This document shows, one piece after another, positions 53,450 through 62,565 of a stretch of DNA of 64,000 nucleotides (position 1 is its first letter; each line of letters begins with the position of its first letter). The notes below the pieces were generated by a model. It was not told the origin of the DNA. It did not search any database and saw only the letters and a program-made list of their open reading frames with translations. The DNA is taken from assembly GCA_017940265.1 (NCBI GenBank), contig JAGAYY010000025.1, positions 64,711 to 128,710 of the forward strand. Direction: 5' to 3'. Origin of the DNA: Bacilli bacterium. GTDB taxonomy: Bacteria; Bacillota_I; Bacilli_A; RFN20; CAG-826. A program made the position numbers and the translations under genes.

Positions 53450-56288
53450 AATATTAGCAGTGGCAGATATTCATATTCATGATTATCCACACCGTAATAG
53501 TTTTCCATTCCAACGTTTGTATCAGGGTTCTAGAATTGTAGCTCAGAATATTATCAAAGTAGGTAAGGAAAATGGAGCAGAGTATATAGTCTTTGCTGGT
53601 GATATCATAGAAAAGTCAATTATCCGCCCGTATGTTATGGCAGAGGTGTATGACTTCCTTCACACAATTATGAAGGAATTTAAGGAAGGGTGGATATTAT
53701 GGGGTAACCATGATATAGATAATAAAAGTTCGGATCAGGTGGTTACTGATTCCTGTCTAGCCTTATTCTTACCCCTCAACCTACACTATATGCACCAGAA
53801 AACAATCACCTTAGACGGAACACTTATCGGGTTTAATAATTGGCAACCTGATATAGACCTTTCTTGGGTAACCAGTAAATTAGATATTCTATTTACTCAT
53901 GCCAGGATTTGTTATCAGAAAGATTCAGACTTATATCAGTCTCAATATCTAGATGAGTCCAAGTTTGATATTGCTTTCTGTGGTGATATTCATAAGCCAG
54001 GTCAGATTGGCAAGTACATAAGTATTGGTATCCCCCAGAGATGTAAAATGAGTGATGGTGAGGCTTGTACTGGTGTTATTGTTGATGCTTCGACTAAGGG
54101 ATGGCATTGGGTGAATCTTAATCCTGAGGATAACCTTATGAAATTCCAGTACACTAATGTCGCTGCTAATGAAGGTTGGCAGGCAGATATAGGTACTTGG
54201 AATATCTATAAGCCAGATACAGATCAGATAATAGATCCCTCTGGTAATATAAAAGTTTCTGGGTGGGAAAAGATTGAATCTTTAGTAAACGATGCAATCC
54301 AACAATCTGGCCTTCAAGACATACATACAAGTGTCTTAGGGAGTATTAAGGATATTGATGCTGGTGAGGTTGACTTCAATTTCACACCAATCAGATTTTA
54401 TTGTAAGAATTGGAGAAGTATAGATGAAGTTACTATGTACTTTGATGAGGGTGATAAAATTCTGATCTTGGGGGAAAATGGATCTGGTAAGTCTAGTCTC
54501 TTGAGTGCCATTAAATATGCTTTCTGTGATGTTAAATCTACTCCTGGTCTTTCTTCCCTTAAACCATTCATACAGTTTGGAACCAAGGAATGTTTAACTG
54601 AAATAGAATTTTGGTACCAGGGAAGTAAATGTAAGATTCGGAGAGGCACCAAAGAATACGGTTTGTGGATTAATGACGAACCTATGAAATATAATAATAA
54701 GGGAGACTTCGAGGTTGATTGCCGTAAGAGATTCCCATTCATAGAGTATATGGAAGTTATGATTCATGACCAAGACCATAACCAGTTCATTGGTAACTTA
54801 ACGGGAGAAAGATTGGCAGATATTATTTCCAAAGCTTTCAAACTAGATAGAATTGACACCTACAACGAAACTGCCACTTACTTGTTAGAAGGATTACAGA
54901 AAGATACTTCAGATTGGTTAGTTAAGATTGGTGAGGCTCAGAAGTTAGTTGAGTTTATAGATACTAAATTATCTTCTCTAGTTCTTCCCTCTAGATCAAA
55001 ACCTGAACTCGAAGCCTTGAAAGCAGAGGGACTAGAACTTCAACGTAAGAATAACCTCTGGAATCAATTTGTATCTAGTTCTTCCCGACTTCAAGCAATA
55101 GTAGATCGAGCAGATAAAGATATTCAAGACTATTCCCAACAGATTCAAGGTTTTCGCTCCCGGGAGATAATTGATGCGGATATTTCTTCCCGACAATCAG
55201 CTATCTTAGACTTACAAACCAGACTTATTGAGATTGGTGGTTTGAATAGTCAGATAGCAATAGTAGAGTCGGAAAAGAAACGCATCATAGACGAGGGAGC
55301 TAGATTAAGAAAAGAGTGGGGTGAGATTGATCCAGATAAAGAGAGTATTTGTCCAACGTGTAAACAAGTAGTTAAGGTTAGTCCTAATACAAGACAAGCA
55401 CTGATTGATAAGAAAACAAAACTTGCCGAACAAATAAATACTAAGCTTCAAGAGTATAAAAACGTAGAAATTAGAGAAAAGGAACTTAAGGGCAGAATCT
55501 CGGAGAGTGAAGAAGAGTATAAAGGCTTACAGCTACAAATACAAACCTTAAATACCGAGATTTCTAAGTTAATGTCTGAGAAACAACGCCAATCCGAAGT
55601 TCAATTAAAGTTATCTGAGTCACAGGCAGAAAAATTAAATGCTATGTCTCAACTATCTGCTCTTGGTATCCCAGAGAAGGTCGAGCTCCCAGATGGTTTT
55701 ATGACTAAGATGGGAGAACTTGAAGCTGGTCTAAGAGCTTGGGAAAGTTGGGAGACTAGTATGGCAGACAAGGAGGAACAGTCCAAGAAGATATCTGAAT
55801 ATGAGACAGAGATTTCTGGGAATAAAGCCCTCCAAGAAAGACTTAAATCTTATATTAAACTAACTGGTCCGACTGGTGTTATTTACAAAGAAGTCATGGA
55901 GAAATTGGTATCACAATTTAATGATAACTTAGTAAATTATGAAGTTAATATTCGTGAGGTCCGTAAGAAAGATCACCTAACCCTTGTACCCCAATTCTTT
56001 AATAACGGAAATTGGGTATCCTACGAGGCTTGTTCAGGGGGTCAGAAAACGGTATTAGATATTCACTTCCTCTCAAAAATAATAAGTCGGGTTGGTATCC
56101 TAGTGTTAGATGAATTCTTCAAACACCTAGATCCATCAAATCATGACTTATGTATAGATATGATACAAGGAATGAGCATTGGATGTACTTTTATATCTAG
56201 TCATATGGAAAGTATCCAAGCATTCAATAATAAAACATGTCGTCTAGAGCTTAATCCCTCTGGACTTACTAAAATAGATTTTTCATAA
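53442..56288 (+). CDS. fused Mre11-like nuclease / Rad50-like ATPase (SbcD-SbcC fusion)
   Basis: N-terminal DIHIHD, GDIIE, GNHD, THA, GDIH. Then Walker A GENGSGKSS, a long coiled coil with a CPTC hook, the SGGQKT signature, Walker B LVLDEFF, and SSH. Confidence 0.85.
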   Translation: MSKILAVADIHIHDYPHRNSFPFQRLYQGSRIVAQNIIKVGKENGAEYIVFAGDIIEKSIIRPYVMAEVYDFLHTIMKEFKEGWILWGNHDIDNKSSDQVVTDSCLALFLPLNLHYMHQKTITLDGTLIGFNNWQPDIDLSWVTSKLDILFTHARICYQKDSDLYQSQYLDESKFDIAFCGDIHKPGQIGKYISIGIPQRCKMSDGEACTGVIVDASTKGWHWVNLNPEDNLMKFQYTNVAANEGWQADIGTWNIYKPDTDQIIDPSGNIKVSGWEKIESLVNDAIQQSGLQDIHTSVLGSIKDIDAGEVDFNFTPIRFYCKNWRSIDEVTMYFDEGDKILILGENGSGKSSLLSAIKYAFCDVKSTPGLSSLKPFIQFGTKECLTEIEFWYQGSKCKIRRGTKEYGLWINDEPMKYNNKGDFEVDCRKRFPFIEYMEVMIHDQDHNQFIGNLTGERLADIISKAFKLDRIDTYNETATYLLEGLQKDTSDWLVKIGEAQKLVEFIDTKLSSLVLPSRSKPELEALKAEGLELQRKNNLWNQFVSSSSRLQAIVDRADKDIQDYSQQIQGFRSREIIDADISSRQSAILDLQTRLIEIGGLNSQIAIVESEKKRIIDEGARLRKEWGEIDPDKESICPTCKQVVKVSPNTRQALIDKKTKLAEQINTKLQEYKNVEIREKELKGRISESEEEYKGLQLQIQTLNTEISKLMSEKQRQSEVQLKLSESQAEKLNAMSQLSALGIPEKVELPDGFMTKMGELEAGLRAWESWETSMADKEEQSKKISEYETEISGNKALQERLKSYIKLTGPTGVIYKEVMEKLVSQFNDNLVNYEVNIREVRKKDHLTLVPQFFNNGNWVSYEACSGGQKTVLDIHFLSKIISRVGILVLDEFFKHLDPSNHDLCIDMIQGMSIGCTFISSHMESIQAFNNKTCRLELNPSGLTKIDFS

Positions 56289-56291
56289 GAT

Positions 56292-56855
56292 ATGACAAAA
56301 GAAGAACTCACAGAAAAATACTTCATTATTGAGGTTATCGATGAGTCAGAGAAAACTACTGATTTTTTAGGGTGGAAAGTAATAGCAAATGTTGGTGAAA
56401 GTACTGCATGGTCGTCTCCAGAATATAAGACGGATCCAGAAGCTTGGCCTATCATGTTTAGACTTAAGTATCAGAACGGTCTCCTATTAGCTAGTCCAGA
56501 ATGTCCAGAACAGTACTACGTAGACAATGATGAACTGCAAGAAATGGTCAAAGATATTTCAGCTACTCAAAATCTGACTGAACAACTTAATCAGTATATT
56601 AAAGGATTTGACGAGTCAGCTCTAATAAATGATCTTATCTATAGAGAGCCACAACGCTTGATTACTCCAGATTGGTCTTCAATTACTACACCTATTTGTG
56701 TGGATGATACTATTTTGGGAACATCGATTACATGTAGTTCAACATGTGATGCTGGAATTACGACTGCAACAGCTACCACAGCAGCTAAAGCAGCTCATTA
56801 TAATACTTATGCAAATTATGCTGCCGATTTTATATCATCAAGTAGAATTTGCTAA
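56292..56855 (+). CDS. hypothetical protein
   Basis: 187-aa ORF with a Thr/Ala-rich C-terminus. Confidence 0.5.
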   Translation: MTKEELTEKYFIIEVIDESEKTTDFLGWKVIANVGESTAWSSPEYKTDPEAWPIMFRLKYQNGLLLASPECPEQYYVDNDELQEMVKDISATQNLTEQLNQYIKGFDESALINDLIYREPQRLITPDWSSITTPICVDDTILGTSITCSSTCDAGITTATATTAAKAAHYNTYANYAADFISSSRIC

Positions 56856-57210
56856 TGTTCAAAATTTAGCAGATTTCTATAAAACAAGTCTACCAGAGAC
56901 TCCTAAGATAAGGGCTCTGGTAGATGGAATTAAGCTATTATTTAGTCTCCCACAAAGTAACTTACAAATTTATGTGGCTGAAGGTAAACGAATCTATAAA
57001 ATTATAGTCCTATCGAAAGATGTCCAGAAGATGCCTTTCGGATATTTTGTATATATTCCAGGAGAACGAAGATTAGATGCCTATTCAGCAGAGTCAGAGA
57101 TACCTATAGCTCAATGGAAAAATAGGAAACCCGTATATAGTGGCGTTTCTATGTTTCTTGAGAAGGCCGGTGTCTTACAGGTTTTTGATAAACTTACAAA
57201 TATATTATGA
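56818..57210 (+). CDS. hypothetical protein
   Basis: ORF 56698..57210; an internal ATG at 56818 limits the overlap. Confidence 0.45.
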   Translation: MLPILYHQVEFANVQNLADFYKTSLPETPKIRALVDGIKLLFSLPQSNLQIYVAEGKRIYKIIVLSKDVQKMPFGYFVYIPGERRLDAYSAESEIPIAQWKNRKPVYSGVSMFLEKAGVLQVFDKLTNIL

Positions 57211-57542
57211 GAGACGATAGAAATAGAATTACTGTGGCTCAATGGAAGACAGTCAAGAAATATATAGATTATTCTGACGTTGCTTCCATGACACCGACCT
57301 TTGGATTTGTGGTAGATGAATTAAGAAAGAACTATGGAATTTATATAGCAGTTTCACCTGTTACTAATTCGGACCTAAGTTCTGGGACAGATACAAAAAT
57401 TGTATTTGCATATAGATCAATAGTTAGCTGGGTTTCTGGAAATGATATCCTGGCTCAGTGGTCAAGTTCAGAACAGGCTTATTACTTAGCTATTCGACGT
57501 GCTATAGATACTGCAATAAATTGGTTGGAAGGTCGAAACTAA
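57207..57542 (+). CDS. hypothetical protein
   Basis: 111-aa ORF with an ATGA overlap. Confidence 0.5.
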   Translation: MRDDRNRITVAQWKTVKKYIDYSDVASMTPTFGFVVDELRKNYGIYIAVSPVTNSDLSSGTDTKIVFAYRSIVSWVSGNDILAQWSSSEQAYYLAIRRAIDTAINWLEGRN

Positions 57543-57549
57543 AAAAAAT

Positions 57550-57574
57550 AGAGTATACCATAAAAGTATACTCT
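57550..57574. terminator. bidirectional terminator at a convergent junction
   Basis: AGAGTATAC-7 nt-GTATACTCT between an A8 run and a T-rich run. Confidence 0.8.
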
Positions 57575-57984
57575 TATTTTTTCTTCTTATACCAAGTTTT
57601 TATTTTTCCTACTAAGATGATTGGTTCTGTTAGGGTCCACTTCAGGATTTGATTAGAATTAAACGGTTTTCCTCCATTTTTGATATTTGTTCCTAGAGTT
57701 ATATGTCTATGTTTATTTCTACATAAGACATTACCCATTACTCTAACCGCTGCCGCTTTCTCATTCTCTCCATAATGTGTTACCACTAAGATAACTTGTT
57801 TTCCCATATTTCTCTTAAACCACTTCTCTTCAAACTTGGTTAATTCTGTTTTCCCATCATTAAATACGGAGGTCATGTGGTGACAAAATATTTTCCAACC
57901 CGGATGTTCTCCATACTTCTTTCGTAGTAATTCTTGGCTCTCTTTATCCAGTTCAACTCCAATATACAATATATTTTTGTCCAT
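57574..57984 (-). CDS. 2H phosphoesterase superfamily protein
   Basis: Two H-x-T motifs (CHHMTS and RHITLG) about 70 aa apart in a 136-aa protein. Confidence 0.6.
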   Translation of the reverse strand: MDKNILYIGVELDKESQELLRKKYGEHPGWKIFCHHMTSVFNDGKTELTKFEEKWFKRNMGKQVILVVTHYGENEKAAAVRVMGNVLCRNKHRHITLGTNIKNGGKPFNSNQILKWTLTEPIILVGKIKTWYKKKK

Positions 57985-58029
57985 TTGTTTGTTGTTTTAA
58001 GTTTTGGCCTGGGGTTGGTTCCCCAGGGA

Positions 58030-58350
58030 TTAGACTATTTGATAAACTCCACGAGGATCACCGAGATAATGTATTTTTAATGCTACAACATCTTTAAATG
58101 GTGTAGATGTTATCATTCGATTTATTCCCTTACAGAATTCATCTGATATAGTCTGTTTTTTCTTTTTCCATTCGTACCACGTATTCCCTATAGAAATTAG
58201 GCGGTTATCTTCATACTCGGCCTTTATCCAACCTGTAAATTGGTGGTCGATGTTCTCCAACTGTATTTCAACTAGTTGGAATGATTGTCCATACCTAGGA
58301 TCTTCCTCGGTTGGCCAAAATCTCTTGTTCTGTTTTTTGTTCCTTTTCAT
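58030..58350 (-). CDS. hypothetical protein
   Basis: 106-aa ORF. Confidence 0.5.
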   Translation of the reverse strand: MKRNKKQNKRFWPTEEDPRYGQSFQLVEIQLENIDHQFTGWIKAEYEDNRLISIGNTWYEWKKKKQTISDEFCKGINRMITSTPFKDVVALKIHYLGDPRGVYQIV

Positions 58351-58414
58351 AAGTTTGTTCGTTTTAATAAAATTTAGGCCCCTAAGGTTTAAATTTCTTA
58401 GGAGCCTTTTATCT

Positions 58415-58425
58415 CATATATAAGG
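58415..58425 (+). promoter_or_regulatory. CATATATAAGG motif copy, plus-oriented inside a minus-strand block
   Basis: Followed by TTTTCAGGCTCCAACAGACGG, as at 28882; enclosed by the GGAGCCT/AGGCTCC hairpin. Confidence 0.4.
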
Positions 58426-58428
58426 TTT

Positions 58429-58914
58429 TCAGGCTCCAACAGACGGAGATTTTCTTTTATATTTCCAAAGTGCGCAATCCTCGGAACAATCCATTAGACA
58501 TTGTTCAGTACAGAATCTATCTAAGTCAGTAATTGATGTAGTATGATCTTCATGTTTCGGACCTTTTATTAATTCGATGAATCTATAATTTGTATATCGG
58601 ATTCTAAATGTATATGTATTTTCTAAGTCATCCGGGCTAGGTTGCATTGTTAATAATAAATATGTACCAGAATCTTTTTTATCATCAAATCCATCAACAT
58701 ACTGAATAACTTTTCTGTTAGTAAGTGATTTTTCTATTATTTTCTCTAAGTTATGAGTCCCATATACATCAGAGGGTTTCTTTCCTAAGACAATACCGTA
58801 TTCATTATTTTTCTGATCAAATACAATATCGCCTGGTTTAAACTTAGAATTAGAATCAAATACAGTTTCTTTAATTATTTCAAGTACTGTCTGAACTGGA
58901 TTATCTTGTTTCAT
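58429..58914 (-). CDS. hypothetical protein
   Basis: 161-aa ORF. Confidence 0.5.
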   Translation of the reverse strand: MKQDNPVQTVLEIIKETVFDSNSKFKPGDIVFDQKNNEYGIVLGKKPSDVYGTHNLEKIIEKSLTNRKVIQYVDGFDDKKDSGTYLLLTMQPSPDDLENTYTFRIRYTNYRFIELIKGPKHEDHTTSITDLDRFCTEQCLMDCSEDCALWKYKRKSPSVGA

Positions 58915-59522
58915 TGCTTATATAAGGCATTCGCGATATCCGAAAGTGTCTTTTCTCTAAATCCACCATGAACCCAAAGATGTTCGAGTTTAGTAGTCAA
59001 GTCTAATTCCATTTCTTCGGTTGTCGTCCCAGAATAATAAGATTCTGAAAGCATTCTAAGTAATGAATGTTCAACTCCTTTACTAGATCCTTTAACCGTT
59101 ATTAGTTCTTTTTCTAATGTCTCACAGAAGAATCCGGTGCCCCACATTAAAGAAGGAGATTTATGTGAGAGTCTCCATACTGCTTCTATTAACCAGGCAA
59201 TACTATTCCAATCTCCTTCGATAAACTCTGGAATAACAAGTTCAATAATACCTTTTTTCTTGGGCTTGGGCATAGCTGTTGGCATAGGTTCTGGTTCAGG
59301 AAGTTTTATAGTTTCCTCTTGCTCCTCTATTTCTTCGTCAATAAAATCCCAGTCATTAGCATATTTAGAAGTACATAGGGTTTTCATTGTTTCCTTGTTG
59401 TCCTCTATATACATAATAATCTCTGCCGGGCTATCCATTAAACCAATTTCTTCGAGAAGTAATTTTAATTGTTCAGCTCGTGCGACTTTAATTTTTACTT
59501 TCCTATTTGACATACGTTCCAA
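58911..59522 (-). CDS. hypothetical protein
   Basis: 203-aa ORF with an ATGA overlap. Confidence 0.5.
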   Translation of the reverse strand: MERMSNRKVKIKVARAEQLKLLLEEIGLMDSPAEIIMYIEDNKETMKTLCTSKYANDWDFIDEEIEEQEETIKLPEPEPMPTAMPKPKKKGIIELVIPEFIEGDWNSIAWLIEAVWRLSHKSPSLMWGTGFFCETLEKELITVKGSSKGVEHSLLRMLSESYYSGTTTEEMELDLTTKLEHLWVHGGFREKTLSDIANALYKQ

Positions 59523-60718
59523 TTGTTAGTGTGTTGTTCTGCAAAAATGATTTCTTCATTACTCTGGGGATCCAAATTAACAACATTAGGATATTTATGA
59601 ACATCCCAATCACCGTGGTATTTACAATGTGCATGGATCGACCAGTAAATTGATTTTTTAGTGTGTATCGAAAAATCGCGGTCATGTCGATTTATATCTC
59701 TACCACCATAAATTACATTCCCTATATATTTTGGGGAAATCTGTTCAGGGTATTTTAACCCTGAGTGAGTACATATATAACGAAAGCCTGAATTTTCAAT
59801 TATAGCAAATAACTTAAGAACTTCATTCATCTTAAGTAAATAATCTTTAGCTAAAATCGGATCTATATCTTTAAATTCATTAGCAGTCGTATCTAGGTAA
59901 TCTTCGGGTAATAATGCTGAGAGGATTTCACGTATCTCACGCCCTCTTCCCGTATTTAGCATTATGATACCTAGATGTTTCCTAAGTCTTATTTCATGAT
60001 TTCCTTCTAGCCATATAGTTCTTTGATGTGAACCCCATAAGACTTCATCAATCATTCTTCTTGAACCTCCCTTTTCTGGACCATCAATATAATCACCATA
60101 GAATACTTTAAATTCATAGCGATTATTTTTTAATGGTAACTTTTGATAAAGAGAATAGTTAGAATGAATATCTGAAACATGAAGAACAGGTTTAGATTCT
60201 TTACCTAACCGTATGTAGTTCTCCACTTTACATTTAGCTTCCCAATACTCTTCTACCTGCGAATATCGGGTTATACAGATTTTATCAGATAGTTGTAGAT
60301 TTAAAAACCCCATAACTTCTTTTTCTAAGTCCTCCTTACGTTTTAGGGGATAATATGGGGGAAGATATTTTTTCGGTTTTTGTAGGAAGTCGTGGGGAAC
60401 TGATTGAAGAACGTAGAAGACCGTATAACCAAAAATTATGGCTAGGTTTTCTAACATCCTGAGGCTTTCATTCTCTGGATCAACTACAATCAGACACCCC
60501 TTAGACATCCTGGTTATTAATACCTTAGCAAATTCAGAAAGAACTGTATCTCCGAAGGATTTAGTAAGAATACCTTTAAATGGAGTGATAAGTTCTGGAC
60601 TACTGTATAACTTCCTAAGGCAATCAATATCTATGAAAAAATCTTGTAATCCTTCTTTCTCTACCCATCTGCGCTTTTCTGTTTTAGCTATACCTTTTAA
60701 AATTATAAGTGATTTCAT
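59495..60718 (-). CDS. kinase-like N-terminal domain fused to a calcineurin-type metallophosphoesterase
   Basis: VSDIHSN, GDYIDGP, GNHE, THSG, HAH phosphatase motifs. The N-terminus IILKGIAKTEK...IDIDCLR resembles a degenerate P-loop kinase. The ATG at 60718 forms an ATGA overlap. Confidence 0.65.
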   Translation of the reverse strand: MKSLIILKGIAKTEKRRWVEKEGLQDFFIDIDCLRKLYSSPELITPFKGILTKSFGDTVLSEFAKVLITRMSKGCLIVVDPENESLRMLENLAIIFGYTVFYVLQSVPHDFLQKPKKYLPPYYPLKRKEDLEKEVMGFLNLQLSDKICITRYSQVEEYWEAKCKVENYIRLGKESKPVLHVSDIHSNYSLYQKLPLKNNRYEFKVFYGDYIDGPEKGGSRRMIDEVLWGSHQRTIWLEGNHEIRLRKHLGIIMLNTGRGREIREILSALLPEDYLDTTANEFKDIDPILAKDYLLKMNEVLKLFAIIENSGFRYICTHSGLKYPEQISPKYIGNVIYGGRDINRHDRDFSIHTKKSIYWSIHAHCKYHGDWDVHKYPNVVNLDPQSNEEIIFAEQHTNNWNVCQIGK

Positions 60719-61284
60719 TCTGGGATCTGAAGTTGCTGGAGATCTCGGAATTTCTCTATATATGAACCAGCACACAAGATAACATCTTTAACTGATGTTT
60801 TTCCAGTGAGTAAAGGAACATTATATTTTTCACAATATAATCTTATTTGTGAGTAAATCTGATGCTGTTCTCCACATCTAACAACAAGTTTACCAGATGT
60901 TAAGAGACTACCAAATTCTAAGATAGGTATAGGTGATACTGATTTATTCATTATATTTAAGAATACAATATCTGCCATATCCATCATTTGTAATCTCCAC
61001 TGCATAGTTTGGATAAACTCTGGATTATCTAAAGTTGGAGCAAGTGGTTGTGTAGCAGGAACATGTGGATTAAAAATTATCCAGTTAGTTCCTCTAATCA
61101 TAAGTAACCCTTTTATTGGATCGGTTAAACTAATAAGGCCGTTTTGAAATTTTGTTTGCCAATCATTTTCTACTGAACCAAAATCCATTGTTCCACCTAG
61201 ATACAGCTTAATTGAATCATTCGTAACCATAGGAAGTTGGTCCCCTGGGTTAAGAACGGTTATTTTTTCATTTAACTGAATCAT
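60715..61284 (-). CDS. nucleoside 2-deoxyribosyltransferase-like protein
   Basis: LYLGGTMDFGSVENDWQ...NPH...MQWRL...PIPILEFG parallels 29040..29507. Confidence 0.5.
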   Translation of the reverse strand: MIQLNEKITVLNPGDQLPMVTNDSIKLYLGGTMDFGSVENDWQTKFQNGLISLTDPIKGLLMIRGTNWIIFNPHVPATQPLAPTLDNPEFIQTMQWRLQMMDMADIVFLNIMNKSVSPIPILEFGSLLTSGKLVVRCGEQHQIYSQIRLYCEKYNVPLLTGKTSVKDVILCAGSYIEKFRDLQQLQIPE

Positions 61285-61335
61285 ATTATTAATAAAGTTA
61301 ATGAGGAAAGTTTACATTTACTCTCCTCAATTTAT

Positions 61336-61920
61336 TTAACACCAATTTGTTAGTTTTAGTTTACCTTCAAATATCTTCTTAAGTTCATCAAGTTTTTCTT
61401 GATAAAGTAAGATAGCTACTTCGGTATATTCATGGGTTCCATGTTCTACCATATATTGATGGAAGACATATTTTCCATTCTTTTCAGACATCGCTTGATA
61501 TTCTGAGAAATCTTGAATAATACAAAGCTTTCGTTTGTTCTTAACTGCCGCCTGAATATCTTCTTTTAAATTTTCGGCGGGATAACCATTTAGAGGAATA
61601 AACTCAGTTGTTTTTAATTCTTTTCTGAGTGCACTTCCAATAAATGAGTTAATAATCTTCTGAAAAACTTCCATAGTCTCCATGTTTACACCAATTGACA
61701 TACCGTTTTCTATCTTCTTAACGATATTTTGCGAAGGATCGACTGGAAACGTAATTCTGGCTGTTGTTGCACCAAGTTGTTCAACCTCAGTATCTTTTGG
61801 AATTCCAGTGTCTTCTAGAATCATTCCTGAAAAATTGTTGAAATATCTACTGAGGAGATTTAGTTCTATATTAAGAACTATTCGTTTTTTATCTGGGTCA
61901 TATCCAGGCTGAATATTCAT
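61336..61920 (-). CDS. hypothetical protein
   Basis: 194-aa ORF. Confidence 0.5.
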   Translation of the reverse strand: MNIQPGYDPDKKRIVLNIELNLLSRYFNNFSGMILEDTGIPKDTEVEQLGATTARITFPVDPSQNIVKKIENGMSIGVNMETMEVFQKIINSFIGSALRKELKTTEFIPLNGYPAENLKEDIQAAVKNKRKLCIIQDFSEYQAMSEKNGKYVFHQYMVEHGTHEYTEVAILLYQEKLDELKKIFEGKLKLTNWC

Positions 61921-61964
61921 ACTTATTAATATTTTGTTATATATGTTATTCCAATATTAAGGGT

Positions 61965-62510
61965 TTAGACCTTCCGGAGGAGAATATTATCCAAGAAAGA
62001 AAATACTCGTGGTCCTTCGGTAGGATTCATCCTTCTCATCTCTAAAGTCAATTCTTTAAATTTGTTCTTTTGTACTTCTGGTTTTTCAAGATTTCTAATT
62101 CTAAATGTTTTTATTCCTAATCCCCCTAGATACTCATCTCTTAGATTATCTTTTTCTTCTGAATGATATTCAGAGTCAAGTTCAACATTTAAACATAATG
62201 TAGGAAAATAATAATCTAAAAGAAAGAATCCACCATGTATTTTTCCTCTTAGGTGATTTTGAATAATTACTGGAAATTCACGGACTACAATAAGAGGATC
62301 CCAATAACCAATATTTATTAACATGTCAAAAAACTTGGCTTGCATGGATCTCTTCTTAAGTTGTTTATTTCTAGTAAACCTTTTAATACTAGTAGGATTT
62401 GGATATAAAACATTTTTAATATTGTATATATGACCTTTTTCAGATACACTATATACAGGATAAGGTTGCCAAGGGATATCTTTGAAGGTAAATGTCTCTA
62501 AGTAATCCAT
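61965..62510 (-). CDS. DUF559 / Vsr-like PD-(D/E)xK endonuclease domain protein
   Basis: FFLLDYYFPTLCLNVELDSEYH...RDEYLGGLGIKTFRI fits the DUF559 core. Confidence 0.55.
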   Translation of the reverse strand: MDYLETFTFKDIPWQPYPVYSVSEKGHIYNIKNVLYPNPTSIKRFTRNKQLKKRSMQAKFFDMLINIGYWDPLIVVREFPVIIQNHLRGKIHGGFFLLDYYFPTLCLNVELDSEYHSEEKDNLRDEYLGGLGIKTFRIRNLEKPEVQKNKFKELTLEMRRMNPTEGPRVFSFLDNILLRKV

Positions 62511-62565
62511 ATCATTAAAGAGGGAGAAGGTGCCAAGTTTCCTTAGCTCCCTTCTCTTTTATAGA

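Noticed and set aside
59137-59529. 130-aa plus-strand ORF
   Set aside because: It is antisense to 58911..59522 and translates to Ser/Ile-rich low-complexity sequence, a typical shadow ORF. The same reasoning applies to the other antisense track ORFs, such as 13086..13298, 13413..13682, 51074..51355, 54398..54742, 60438..60782 and 63203..63611.
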